From Antedon mediterranea (taxonomy: Eukaryota; Animalia; Echinodermata), in contig NC_092679.1 in NCBI RefSeq assembly GCF_964355755.1, forward strand, positions 17,777,432-17,841,431: a stretch of 64,000 nt of DNA, given 5' to 3'. Position numbers and translations under genes: made by a program. The notes below the pieces were generated by a model, which saw nothing but the letters and a program-made list of their open reading frames with translations, searched no databases and was not told the origin of the DNA. Of the stretch, positions 15,701-26,792 are shown one piece after another. How positions within the stretch are numbered: position 1 is the stretch's first letter; each line of letters starts with the position of its first letter.

Positions 15701-18700
15701 AAGGCATCTCAAGAAATTATCCAAGAACTCTCACAAGAGGTAATATCCGTGTCAAATGCAAATGATAGTACCAACAATGTTTTAGCCGAAGTGCAAAAAC
15801 AACTTGCGCAGGTTAAGACTGATTTTGATACTGCTAATCAAGAGTCGGTTGACAAGTTAAATGGAGAAATAGACAATGTAAGTATGCGCGTATTGCCGCC
15901 CCGTTCACAAAAAAAGCGATCAATTTGTGCATTGGTGTTTTTAGGTACATTTCACACAGCTTAACCTCTGATTGACCTAACTGGCACTGGTAGATTTGAA
16001 ATGTTTTTGGGAATTTAGTTGTTGGTGGAGAGTTGTATTGGCTTGCGTAGGTAGAATTACACAATTTTCTTTTTGCACCATAGGTTAATATTTAGATATA
16101 CAACTAGTGTTATGGCATTTTAATCTGGGTTGCAGTTTACATAATCTTTGGAAGGTTGTGGTATTTGATGGAACATGTTGAGGCAGGAGAACATAGCAAA
16201 AATTCATGGGCTACAAAAAACTCCCAAAACAATACAACCAGAAAACTTAAATTTTTTCTTAACATATTTTTTCCAAGTCCAAATGCTTTTTTAAATTCAA
16301 TTAAAAGCAGAAAATGTTGAGCAAGTCCAGAGATTTCTGGTTTTTAGCAAGTTTACAGTGTAATTGAGCTTTAGTCATCATAGTTCATTCCATTTTAATA
16401 TAATTTGTAAAAGTATTATAATTATTAATAATCATAATTATCACTAGAAACTAGTAGTAGTACTAGTACACATAAAGCACAGCACATTATGATCCTAATA
16501 ATTCATTGTTATATATTGTAAGTTCAAAATCACCATAACAATAGTAAGTTGCACGGTCATTGCTTCTTAGCGTACAGGTAATAGAGGTTTGTATTTATAT
16601 GTTTTCAAACTATATATATTATATATTGCATTCATTTCACTTCTTAGCATATAGGTAACAGAGGTTTGTATTTTCATTCATCTAATATTTAAATGTTTTG
16701 CATGTTTTTATTTTAGATTGAATTAACTTATGTCATTACATTTTATTCATATATTTGATGAACAAATAATGTCATACTAATACACACTCCTACTCCTACT
16801 CCTACTATATAAACTTTATTTAGACACAAGACTGATGTGCAGTACAACTCATTCAATCAATATTGATTGTTTTTACACAAGTTCGTGATACTGTATTACA
16901 AAAAAAAAATCAACACCATATAAATACGACAGAAACGAAAAAATTGAAATTGAAAAGAAACAAAATTACAGCAGAATCCCCTTCATCAGACACCTCTATT
17001 TAGGGTACACCATACCGGTACTTCTCGTGTAAACGGAAACCCTTATCGAAGTGTATAATTTATGGGGATTCTACTGTAATACATAATAAATCTTTTTGAT
17101 TTCATTTACCTTAAAATAAATTCACCAGTGGAAGCTTTAAGTTTATTTAACCCATGTATTTACATCTACCGTATACCGTATTCTCAGGTATAATCCCACT
17201 TCAGATCTAATCTCACCCCTACCTGCTTTATATCCCAGGGTATAGTCCCAGTATTATATCGACTTTCGGTCTGGATGTAGGCTTCTCTCTCTTCAGTTCA
17301 GTTTTTACAAGAAACTCTTAACAATCATTTTTTCCATGAATGAGTGTTTCCCCGGGTATAGTCCCAACACCAAATTCAGCCATATTTTGTGTTCTAGAGG
17401 GGTGCGATTATACCAGAGGATATACGGTATATGGTGATGTATCAATCATATTGTGAACCCCAGGTTTTTAGGTAGCTTTATGATGTGGTTTACTACTTCA
17501 TATCAAAATCAAATTACTTAATGAATGAATGATGGTTGCACAAATAATGTCAATTAGTGACCTGGTGTAAATAAGTAAGCAGTAAAACCCCACAATTGGG
17601 AAATTCAGTTTCAGATTTTATTTCACACATAAATATAACACAATACATACATTTTTTTAAATATAAATGATAAAAAAATGTGTGTGGAGATTGCATTAAG
17701 CCAATTTGGCTTTAGGTCTGAACCTCCAAAAATTCCTATTTAGGGGCCAGCCCTATAAGAGGAAAATTTCCCATGAATTGAGAGGAGCATTTTTGTTTTA
17801 ACCCCTGTATTTAAATTTTTATTTTTTTTTTTCAGTTGAAAACTAAACTCGCCAATGAGCAAGAAAAGTGTAAGAAATTGTCAAATGACCTCTCAAAGGC
17901 ATCAACCTCAGCACCAAACAACCAACTCACAGAGGAGTTAGACAGAGCTAAAGAAGCCGAAGCTGTGTCGAAGAAAAAACTATCTGAAGTAACGGCTGAA
18001 TTGGAAGCAGCGCGTAAGGTGTCCGACGAGACTGCTAAATGTGTAGAACAACTCAAGAAAGATCTGGAAGCAGCCAAGCTTGCATTAGAAACTGCCAATG
18101 AACAGAAGGGCAGCCCAGGAGATGACCTAGAGGTCGTTACAAAGGTATACAAGACGTTAGGAATCCTATTGGTATATTTAACCCTTTGTGTTACCACTAA
18201 ATTTTCATTCAATTCTAGAAAAATGTAATCACGTTTATGAAAAGAAAAACGTACTCGCCTTCTAATAATTAAATTAAATAATGTGACAATAGCATTTTTT
18301 TTTCCTTTTTTAAAGGAATTACAAGAAACAAAAACAGCATTACAGAAGGAGAAAAGCATGACAAAGGAGCTGGGAACAGCTGCAGCCAAACTGCAGAACA
18401 TGTTGAAGAAAAATCAGACACTTTTGTCAGCTGAAAGAGAGGTTACCAAAGATCTTAAGGCCAAGCTAGGCCAGCTGGATGTAAGTCATTGATATTAATA
18501 TTGCAGTAGGTCTTTACAGGTAGCTTTCCATAACTGTTCCCTCTCAAACAAATGCCTTTTTAGTTTAAGAAGAGGGTGTCAATCCAAACTCCTGAAGTAT
18601 GTAGGTTTATTGTTCCTGATGAAACAGAAGATAAGTACACTGCCTGCCTTAATTGTCATTTATTGCAATTCATTTTAATTTGTCACATTTCAGATAATAA

Positions 18701-21700
18701 TAAAATGAACCTTTTTACAGTTTTCACAATAGTTTTGTTAGAATAAATATGGTCACAAAATATGGATATTGGCAATGTTTATATTTTTAAACCAATTGTC
18801 ATCTTTTAGCTAATTAATTCAAAGTTTCATTGTCATTTTCAACGTTGCTACTCTATTAAGTTAATGTTGAAAAAACATTCAACTTTGACCTGTTTTTCAT
18901 GTTTCATAGTGATATTTGTTTTGCTTTGCAATTGTCAGTAGTTTTGGTGTTCTCACTAACAATGTGTTGTGCATGTGTGGTGTTTGTTAATTCAAAGTTG
19001 CGTTAAATATTGCAGTGTTTTTCTGTTAGCTTCATATATGTTGTAAGTTTGCAATATTATTATTATTATTACAGTACAGTATAAATTGGTAATACTGTAA
19101 TGAAATATTTATGACTTTCTCATCATTTCTTTTGGCAACGTTTGTACTTTGAATTACTTGTTTATTAACTGGCTGTTTGGGTTTTCACTGCCACTGATGT
19201 GGACGAGAACAGTGCCATAATCATTGGTACTGGTCTGTACATTTTAGCCAAATTTACTTAATATAATGAGTAGGAAAATGGACATGGATTTTGACCTGTT
19301 GTAGATTGAGTTAGTGTATAATGTGATGGTAAATATTAATGTGTGTGGATTGTGTTATTTATGAAGTTTGGTATACCCCAATGTTTGTGAATTCTAACAT
19401 CTTTGCCATATTGAAATAAAGACCCCAAAAAACATAGTATATTTAAAAGACCAATGTCTACGCAGTAAAAACATCTGTAGTGTTAAATTAATATTTTTTA
19501 TATAGTCCTTTTTTTAGAAATTATTGAAGCTCACATGGGATTAATAATTTGTACTATTGAATAGACACATTGGTGAAATAAACATTTCACAGATGCAAAA
19601 CTAACACAAATTTGTTTATAATTAATCAACACTAAATCAATGGTTTCTTTTCTTACTAAGTTTTCATTTTCACAATAATATCGCATTAAAACCTTTATAC
19701 TTATTGCTTTACTAACAAACGAAAATGGTGATTTATCAAAAACTTAATTAGTATAGTCACTTGAGTTGTCTATTGCGACAAATAACCAATCACAGAGCTT
19801 CGATTCACAAATCTTTCTACCTGATTTGCATACTTACTTTACACTCATTCTAGTAAGTTTAGCACCACCTAATAATAAAATAGTTTGCATGGTAGCTGAC
19901 GGCTTTGTATACTCATTTGCTAGGCTGAGGGAACGTCGCAACTCTCGCAAAAGGAGATGGAGCAGCAGCTAGTAGAGGCCGCTAAGGAAGAAAAGTCCAA
20001 AGTAGGTTTTATTTCTAGCTCACTGGTTTCTGAATTTAGCATATAATCTTTTCCTACCACCTGGTATCTTCAAACCACCTGTATAGACAGTTCATTCAAA
20101 TTTACACTCGACACCTGATTGATTTTTATAACAAACCCATGGGTTAATTTGTATAAAGAGAACACCTGTATAGAAAAGCTAATTATGCAAATTGCACTTT
20201 ACACATTAAGTTAAGGATTTCAAAGTACTTTTTTCTGTCTGTGTACTAAAACAAGTTTTCAGTACATAGTTTAGTAATCGCATCTATTATCATATATATC
20301 TATATATTTGTCATAATTTGCAATAGTTAGTGTAATCAAAATCATTATCATCCTCCAAAGAATAACAATGATCAGCTGCTAAATCTTAGTCTAGATTTGT
20401 AAAAAGAAAAATATTTTGGCACACTTGGCATGTCATACCTACAGTATACTTTTTTTTTTTATATTGTCAAATTGTTGTGAACAAAAAAAAACAACATGCC
20501 TGCTACTGGCACTTATAAAGGAATACTAGCAACTACAAGAATGTTAACATAACTTGGGTAAGAATAAGCAGTGAAATGCTAGATTTTGGTAGCATACAGC
20601 TGTTTGTACTTAACTGTGTAGTGCAGTATGTTAGTGATCGTTCGTCATCATGGATTCGATTTTGAGTGTTCTGCAGCTTCTAGAATAAGGTGGTTTTTTT
20701 TTATTAAAATAGAAATAGAAAAAATGAAAAATAAAGCAACAGATCTCATCTGTCTTTCTATGTTTGTGAATCGCACTTTTTCTCCTCCCTGCTTCTGTCA
20801 ATGTTTTACATTGTTTTTACTAAACCATTGTGTATTATCATTTTAATACATATATATTTATATCATTATATTTTACCTTCCCATCAAACAGGAATATCCC
20901 AACTAATGTACTGCATTTCATTTTATTTTTAGAACAAAGTCTTAAAATGATTTAACAAACATAATATATCCCAGCTTTTTTTTTTTTTTTTGATTGATTG
21001 TAAACCTCTAATTAAACTTTCCAGTATTTTATTATTCAACTTCTGTTTCCAATAATAGTCAATATAAACAATTTATTTTTATTATTATCATTACTGTAAA
21101 TAATCATTGTATATATTTTATAATTAATATTTATATTGGTCTTGTTTTTTTGTAAAAATCTACTGTAATATTATACCTTATTGTGGTTACCATTATAAAA
21201 ATGTACGATTGATTGAATAAAGTTCACATATAGAAAAAAAAAAAAAAAAGCTGATATATTATGTTTGTTAAATCATTTATTAGAATTCGAAGCAATGAAA
21301 GTGAACCACAAAAGCATTTACTGTGTTTTTAATCTTGAGATGGTCGTAATTTAAACGTTTTAATATATTGCAATGATATGCATATTGTCAGTGTTGTCAC
21401 AAACCGACACCATGATTGAAAAAAAACAGAATTAGATTGTAATCTTGTTAATTAATTAAGGAGTGTATTGAGGCCTTGTGAAAACACAAAATCCATTTAA
21501 GATATATAGTAGCTGTAGTCGCCTATTTTGTGGTGTCACTGACAATATATAGAAACCAGATCTTACTATATCAATCAATATGATTTGAACATTTGACTTG
21601 TTGTGAACTAGCTAAGTACTCATACTATTGAACCACAATGATCTTCTTTCATACAAGAAGCATCCTCACATTCAGTGGAGACTGAGCTAGAACGTGATCA

Positions 21701-21809
21701 CGTTCACAATGTTCATAAATTACGTTGTTTATTTTAACTTCTTTTTCTTTCTCCACAGAACGGTAAAGAAGAAACAAAATCAGCAGAAGTATCTGGTTCA
21801 GCCGTGTAG
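703..21809 (+). CDS. RRBP1: Ribosome-binding protein 1 (p180)/kinectin-like ER coiled-coil protein, 3' part; the 5' exons lie upstream of the window
   Basis: Phase-consistent AG/GT exons: 703-860, 1687-1838, 3421-3595, 3787-4011, 4482-4586, 6766-6870, 7165-7283, 7774-7885, 8425-8520, 10716-10808, 11352-11438, 12112-12207, 12805-12897, 15027-15077, 15644-15877, 17836-18144, 18316-18480, 19924-20001, 21759-21809 (TAG). Translation has RRBP1/KTN1 family motifs: KQKKKNDALRDKNWKAMNAI, LKNLFPDV, SEWLTAFE, CQHYKKVLADTEKILNQLQASVQSEESKW, LQKEKSMTKELGTAAAKLQNML. The C-terminus SGSAV resembles RRBP1 EGTSV. Probably the co-ortholog of RRBP1 and KTN1. The donor at 3595 is the least certain boundary. Confidence 0.9.
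3630..3753. mobile_element. MITE family A (Tourist/Harbinger-like, TIR AGCTCTGTCTACACTATCAAAC)
   Basis: TIR ...CTGTCTACACTATCAAA / TTTGATAGTGTAGACAGAGCT with TWA flanks. About 13 copies or fragments in the window, including a partial copy at 4187-4263 and a fragment at 33737-33760. Confidence 0.8.
8130..8265. mobile_element. MITE family A copy
   Basis: AGCTCTGTCTACACTATCAAAC ... GTTTGATAGTTTTAGACAGAACT, with TAA on both sides. Confidence 0.8.
9913..10098. mobile_element. Tc1/pogo-like MITE (family G; CAGTAGAA...TTCTACTG termini, TA TSD)
   Basis: TA|CAGTAGAACCTC ... GGATTCTACTG|TA. Related copies or fragments at about 16969-17076, 41850-41882, 54676-54835 and 57485-57527 share GTCCCCTTAATAG-like motifs. 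Confidence 0.6.
10137..10460. mobile_element. Kolobok-like MITE (family E) copy, right end degenerate
   Basis: TTAA|AGATGTATTGTCCCCCTGAAAAA plus shared interior (TAGTTATCCACTTTGAC, ATTCAAAGTCTGATTT). Confidence 0.7.
11031..11215 (+). mobile_element. SINE family C copy (3' part)
   Basis: TATAAACCATAGGTCCAGTGTACAC...GAGCCCTCT; a further minus-strand fragment lies at about 37780-37846. Confidence 0.7.
11611..12066. mobile_element. Harbinger-like MITE, about 455 bp
   Basis: Degenerate TIR AATCCTTGATCGCACTGGA ... TCCAGTGTGAACAAGGCT flanked by TWA. A related terminus AGCCTTGTTTACACTG occurs at 60483. Confidence 0.55.
12457..12561. mobile_element. MITE family A copy
   Basis: Both TIRs present, with an internal deletion. 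Confidence 0.75.
12929..13849. mobile_element. Non-autonomous PIF/Harbinger-like DNA transposon, 921 bp
   Basis: Terminal inverted repeats of about 38 bp (CGCCCGTATTCTTAAACCGGACTTTAGTCGTAGTTCGA ... TCGAACTACGACTAAACTCCGGTTTAAGAATACGGGCG) with one mismatch. TTA target-site duplication at 12926-12928 and 13850-13852. No transposase ORF. Confidence 0.85.
14219..14514 (-). mobile_element. tRNA-derived SINE family C with Deu/Nin-like central domain, near full length
   Basis: Minus strand head has A-box TGACCGAGCGG and B-box GGTTCTAGCC. The body GGACTATAAACCGTAGGTCC...TAAAGAACCTAGTACATCTTTCGAGACGAGTAGGGGGTTACCCCGGTGT resembles the recalled DeuSINE core. AT-rich tail. Confidence 0.75.
14612..14737. 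mobile_element. MITE family A copy
   Basis: Right TIR GTTTGATAGTGTAGACAGAG intact; left TIR partly deleted. Confidence 0.75.
14779..14958. mobile_element. Palindromic (fold-back) MITE
   Basis: ATAAGGGTTATCGCAAAT ... ATTTGCGATAAACCTTAT, plus inner arms ATGCATAATGGGAAGGGTGTTGGAAGCAATAGCGC / GCGCTATTTCTTCCAAACCCTACCCATCATGCAT. Confidence 0.7.
17176..17427. mobile_element. Tc1/pogo-like MITE (family F; CCGTAT...ATACGG termini, TA TSD)
   Basis: TA|CCGTATTCTCAGGTATAATCCCAC ... GTGCGATTATACCAGAGGATATACGG|TA. A second copy lies in the opposite orientation at 45548-45794. Confidence 0.75.
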
Positions 21810-22473
21810 CATTACTGTATTCCGTACATCATGAGAGAAAAAAAAATATTTTAAAAAATAAATATTAATTGCAATGTCGGGTATTGAAAGCTTATCAAAT
21901 CCATAATATTCTGTATTCATTGTATTGTAACCTTTAAAAAAATACATTTTCAAATATTGTTGTTTGGGCAAAATAAGTAAATCTTATTTTGTCTTTTTAG
22001 CTAGATTAGTGATTTTATTATTTTTAATAATTAATTATACTTCCTATATTTTAATGATGATTTAAAACAAATGAATTGTAATTGTAAGTTTCTCGTTCTT
22101 TTAATTCTGTCCGCAATCTACTTAGAAACCGAAGTCCCCATCAAGGGTCTGGTTTATCTTCTTTCTCCTCTTCAATAATGACCAATATTTAAGGGACAAA
22201 ATACATTTTACAATTGTTTAAAAATATGGATACATTTCCAATACAGGTTGTTAAATATGTGTGTTTGTCATCATAATTTAAATAGCTGTGCTTTTGCAGT
22301 AAAATGGGATTGAAATGTATGTATCTACTTCGATTGTTAAATTTTGTTGTTACAAATACTTGGACCAATGTTGCTAAAACAGGGTGGATTTCTTAGACCT
22401 GTAAAGAAATTCTCTTTTCTCGTCACCCCACTACTAACATAAATACAGAAAGTGTGAGATTGAGATTAAATTA

Positions 22474-22631
22474 ACTTAGTTTCCACTTGGGCGTGACGCA
22501 ACGCCATATGTGAAATGCGAGTGAGTTGACCAATCATAAGCGACAGTTTGGATGATCCGTCGTGTTGTGATTGGTCAAATTGCTTGCGTTGTGCTTATGT
22601 GTCTGCGTTGTGTCCTAGTGGGTACCAAGCT
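22474..22631. mobile_element. MITE family B (TIR AGCTTGGTTCCCACTAG), in the RRBP1 3' region
   Basis: ACTTAGTTTCCACTTG ... CTAGTGGGTACCAAGCT, with a palindromic interior TTGACCAATCA / TGATTGGTCAA. Confidence 0.7.
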
Positions 22632-25600
22632 TAAGTAAAAGAGTACAATTTATTTACTCGTATCATATGGATAGGGACGCTTTAATGATTAAAAGGATTG
22701 TCATCCTATCTTTAAAAGAGGCTTAAATTGTATAGAAAAAAATGATTATATAGAGTTATTGAGAAAAGATATATTCTAAGCATATGAAGAATTGTTGCTT
22801 TACAACTAATTGGAAGAATATTTGCTCTGATGTTTGATTGTCAGCTTTTATTTATTTATTCAATGAAATTTTTCCCTGTAAAAGTTCCAATTCGATTGGA
22901 CAAATTAATGTGATATCTTCTATCATTGTTTAAATGCAGAATTCTTCAGTGTGGTAGAGTATGGTTTATATGTCTATTAATATATAAAGCTAATTATTTT
23001 TATGCAGAAATAAATTGACCACAGAAATTAAGAATGATTAAAAGAGTGCAAAATTTAAGTGTGTGCAAAAATTAAGAGCCAGTGAAAAATAAAAGTGTAA
23101 AACTATATACTTTCTAGAAAAAATTTGCTTTGCGAAAATAAAAGGCTTTGTATAATAATGATATATCTTGACCAATCTTCCATGATTACTTCTTGCCGCT
23201 TGCCTATCTTCCATCCTTTTTCTTGTTAAAATAATTAATTTTGTAGAAAGGAAAGCAGCATTGTATTAATTTGTCCATATGAGTGTGCTGTTAACAATTT
23301 AAAAATAAGAAAAAAGCATTCAATTGTATAATTAAATTACGACTTATGTGTTGAAAATTGAATATACAAAATTTAAACAGTAAAAATAAAATGGTTTTGT
23401 AAATAAGGTATTGTATATGTGGGAATAGCACCCTTTTAATGGATATGTGTTTTGAAAGATTATTAGTCAAGAACTCCTTTAAGAGATATCTGTTTATAAA
23501 CGCCTTACCTGCACACAGTGTTCGTAAAAAATATTTTATTGAAATTGACATTGTTTTTCTTTTTGGACTATATAGGTATGATTTTTCCAGATTTTTTTTT
23601 TTTTTTTTTAATATGAAATAATTGTAATGGAATAATTTAATTAAACAGTATCTTTAAAAAAAATAATTTTAGAGCCGAGTAATGAACTGAAATCAAAAAT
23701 TCCTCCAGTTTTCTTTAATCTGGTTACTCACCTTGGCTACTGGAAAACAAGCATCCTTCTGTTCTGTTTTCCTGGATGGCGTTTTTTATTAACTTTTAAC
23801 CCAGTTGAGCACCTGTGTTTATGCAAATTTGTAAACAAAATTGTATTCAAGTACCTGATTAATATGCAACTGAACAAACAAATCCACACCAAAAAGGAAT
23901 ACAAATGTGTTGAGATGTTTAATTGTGAGGAGATAGTGTCGTTTTCATAAGTGGTTATCTATTCAAACACCTGTATTCATTATGCAAATGAGCTGACAAA
24001 TATGGTCATATTTTGATTGAACACTTGTGCATTTTAATTATATCTTTTAATTGTAATTATTATTTTGCTCTTTTTGCGTCTGCATGTGTACCAGTCATTC
24101 CAAAACAGAAACTACTTAATCAAAGTTTGATTCCCAGTGGAATCAATTGAACCCGCATGAGTCGAGCGCGGTTTATATCTTGTTGGACCAGCAGACGTAC
24201 TGCGTTCGTTTAATTTGCATGTATGTACTAGTAATAGATGTAAATCCTGATTTATTGTGTTGAATCGATACCAGAGTCATTCTTTGGTATGTGTATTGTG
24301 ACGTCAATAAAGGCGCTTCCCAGTGTAACATTGTTTTCGTGTTTTTATTTTGCTTCTTCTCCAAGATAATTAAAACAATAAATAAATAATATATTTAAAT
24401 ATAATATATAAAATAAATACAATAGTAAGATTTGTCACTGATGTCTCCCGTTCCGTTTAATTGACGCTACGAAGACAATCTCGCTGGCTGGAGACGGTGC
24501 CGTCACTACTATATGGAAAGTTAAATAACAAGAAAAAAAACGCGTACGGCGTTCCGTTAATTGCAAAAGGTATTTAGTTTATATAAAGTTTGGTTCCCAC
24601 TAGAACGTAACGCAAGGACATAAACGCAACGCAAGCGTAAGTACTTACTATAATTCCAAGTGAAAGTACAGGACACGTAAAAGAATGTATTTTGAAATTG
24701 AAGATTCTCGGACGGCCATCCAAAACGATTTGTCACACTGTATAGCAGTGTACACCATGATTTGTCACAAAATAACGCGCGCATTATTACTACGTTAGCG
24801 GCATTCTGCATGGAGGAATAGGGATTTCTTTCATCAAACCATGCTCTCTATTTTACTGTGTTTGACCATGAATATACACATTTTCCTTTATGAGAAAAAT
24901 TCATCTTTTGTATATATGTCCATGGCTATCTATAATATAGTTACTATTACATATCACACATAGCCTACTGTGCCCGTGCCACGTGCATGTCATTTTTTTA
25001 ATTTTATTTAGGTTTCCCTAATTTTCTTTGAATTTTGCTAGATTTCGAAATAAATACTCCGTGGCCTATACCCGGTTGATTTTCACTTTTAATTATTAGA
25101 AATCATAAATAATTCATATTTTCTATATATACTAAATCTTCTTAACTATTAAAAAAACATCTAAGCAGTCGGTGGATTCAACCCAGGGAATCAAGAGAGC
25201 ACAACAACCTAGAATAACTGTGGAGCCAATCAGCTGACTAAGAAACCTATTTGATTGCTGTTAATTAATATGTTAAGCGCCCCAATAATGTCCTGATTTA
25301 TGCCATGATGAAATTATTCTTGATTTTGCTTGAAAGGGACAACAAAAAAGTAACTGTCCGGAGTTGAGTAAAGTTGGAAACCTGTTGTTCTTTTCTAGTT
25401 TTGCCATCCATGCAGAAGACGAAATGTTAAATTAAAGTTTATTCATTAATTGGTGCAAATAGAGAATTGCGTCAATGAATTCATCATCAAGAAAATCACG
25501 CAAAATCAGGGAAAGTATACTATACTGTATTCTACTTTGATGATAGGCTTTTACTACTTTGGTAATGTAATACAATACGCCCTCTATTGCTATTGAATAC

Positions 25601-25847
25601 TAATTAGGCGTATACTGTATATATTAGGCCACTTATACTAAATTAAAGTTTAAAACAAATAATATTCATTCATATTATTTTCTGTTATGTCGATTAAAGT
25701 AGATATAATAACGAATAGTTTCATTTATAAATGTGTCGATATTTTCCTAAAAATTATCTTAAACTATAGTTTTTTGTTAAAATTTCAACACTTGTTTAGC
25801 ACAAATAATAATTTACGATATATATAATTTTACAGACAATTTTATCT

Positions 25848-26060
25848 AAGATCATACTTTTAGGGATCATTTCTATAGTTTGTTTCACGGAGAAACGAAT
25901 AAAGTTGATCAAATCGCAAACCCACGAGGACGAGTGTAAGTATTCTCTTCTGAGCGCGAAGCGGGGCTTGAGAATTCCATCTGGAATAACCTTGCTCATT
26001 GATGACCGTTCCTTCAAGACTTCGGTCTTGAATGGAGGGAGAGAATACAATCTGAGTGGT
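25848..26060 (+). ncRNA. U3: U3 small nucleolar RNA (box C/D), copy 1
   Basis: Starts AAGATCATACTTTTAGGGATCATTTCTATAG (box A' and box A; human U3 AAGACTATACTTTCAGGGATCATTTCTATAG). Then CCACGAGGACGAG (stem plus box C'), CTGAGCGCGAAGC (box B), CATTGATGACCGTTC (box C) and TCTGAGTGGT (box D plus terminal stem). Length 213 nt. A 3'-box-like ATTTTAAAATAAAGA lies about 13 nt downstream. Confidence 0.95.
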
Positions 26061-26229
26061 TGCGAAAACCCCTATTTTAAAATAAAGAAAAGTTAACAGT
26101 TACATCAGTTCATATTCTTTGGAATTAAACCTACGAAGTTACAAAACAATTCACATTTTCTATAACCACGACTGGTTTGTTTTAAATTACGAATTAATAG
26201 ACGCTTACTATAATATAACTTTACAATAA

Positions 26230-26380
26230 AATTGAATGACAAAAAACAAGAAGATCGACGTTTCGGAACCATTTTCAAGATCAAGTGATTGAATTATACA
26301 AAAATAACAAACACCAAAGGGTGACAGGAAATACTAATTGAATAAATAATTGGTTAATTAACAACAAAGAAGGCCTACAA
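26230..26380 (-). mobile_element. Possible degenerate Penelope-like pLTR remnant with variant hammerhead-like motif
   Basis: Minus strand 26282-26253 reads GATC-TTGAAAA-TGGTTCC-GAAACGTC-GATC: a GATC/GATC stem I, GAAAC-GUC with palindromic ACGT, a non-canonical first box and a truncated stem II. Confidence 0.4.
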
Positions 26381-26792
26381 TTCTAAGAACTTAAGTTATT
26401 AAGCTCCTCCTTAATTAATAAACATGAACCAATAAAACAACGTGATGAATAAAGATCATCAGAAAACGAGGAAGAAATTTGATTTATTCAATTCCAAACT
26501 TACGACCTCTATTTTGTATGCAGCTGTTACTCACATCGTATACAGTACGTCCTAAACGGGCGACTGATTTAATTATTCATAAATTTATGACATCTTTAAA
26601 GTTTGTTTTAAAAACACAAGGTAAAAGACTAAACTGTGAATTAGTCAACACCATTATTTTATTCTTTTAATTTTACAACTGTCCATAAACTAATAAAAAC
26701 AAACGCGTATGTCCTTTCCTCGTATTTATGACACCATTAAGATTATTTGATAATGTAAGCTAAGAACACTGGATAGTTCATGTTTTTAACTT

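Noticed and set aside
17258-17296. Minus-strand CTGAAGA...CGAAAGTC hammerhead-like motif
   Set aside because: No stem II pairing, and the boxes are not conserved in the second copy of the same MITE at 45548.
17832-18401. 189-aa minus-strand ORF
   Set aside because: Antisense shadow of two RRBP1 coiled-coil exons; no recognisable domain.
25796-26096. ORFs 25796..26050 (-) and 25905..26096 (+)
   Set aside because: They overlap U3 snoRNA copy 1; chance ORFs.
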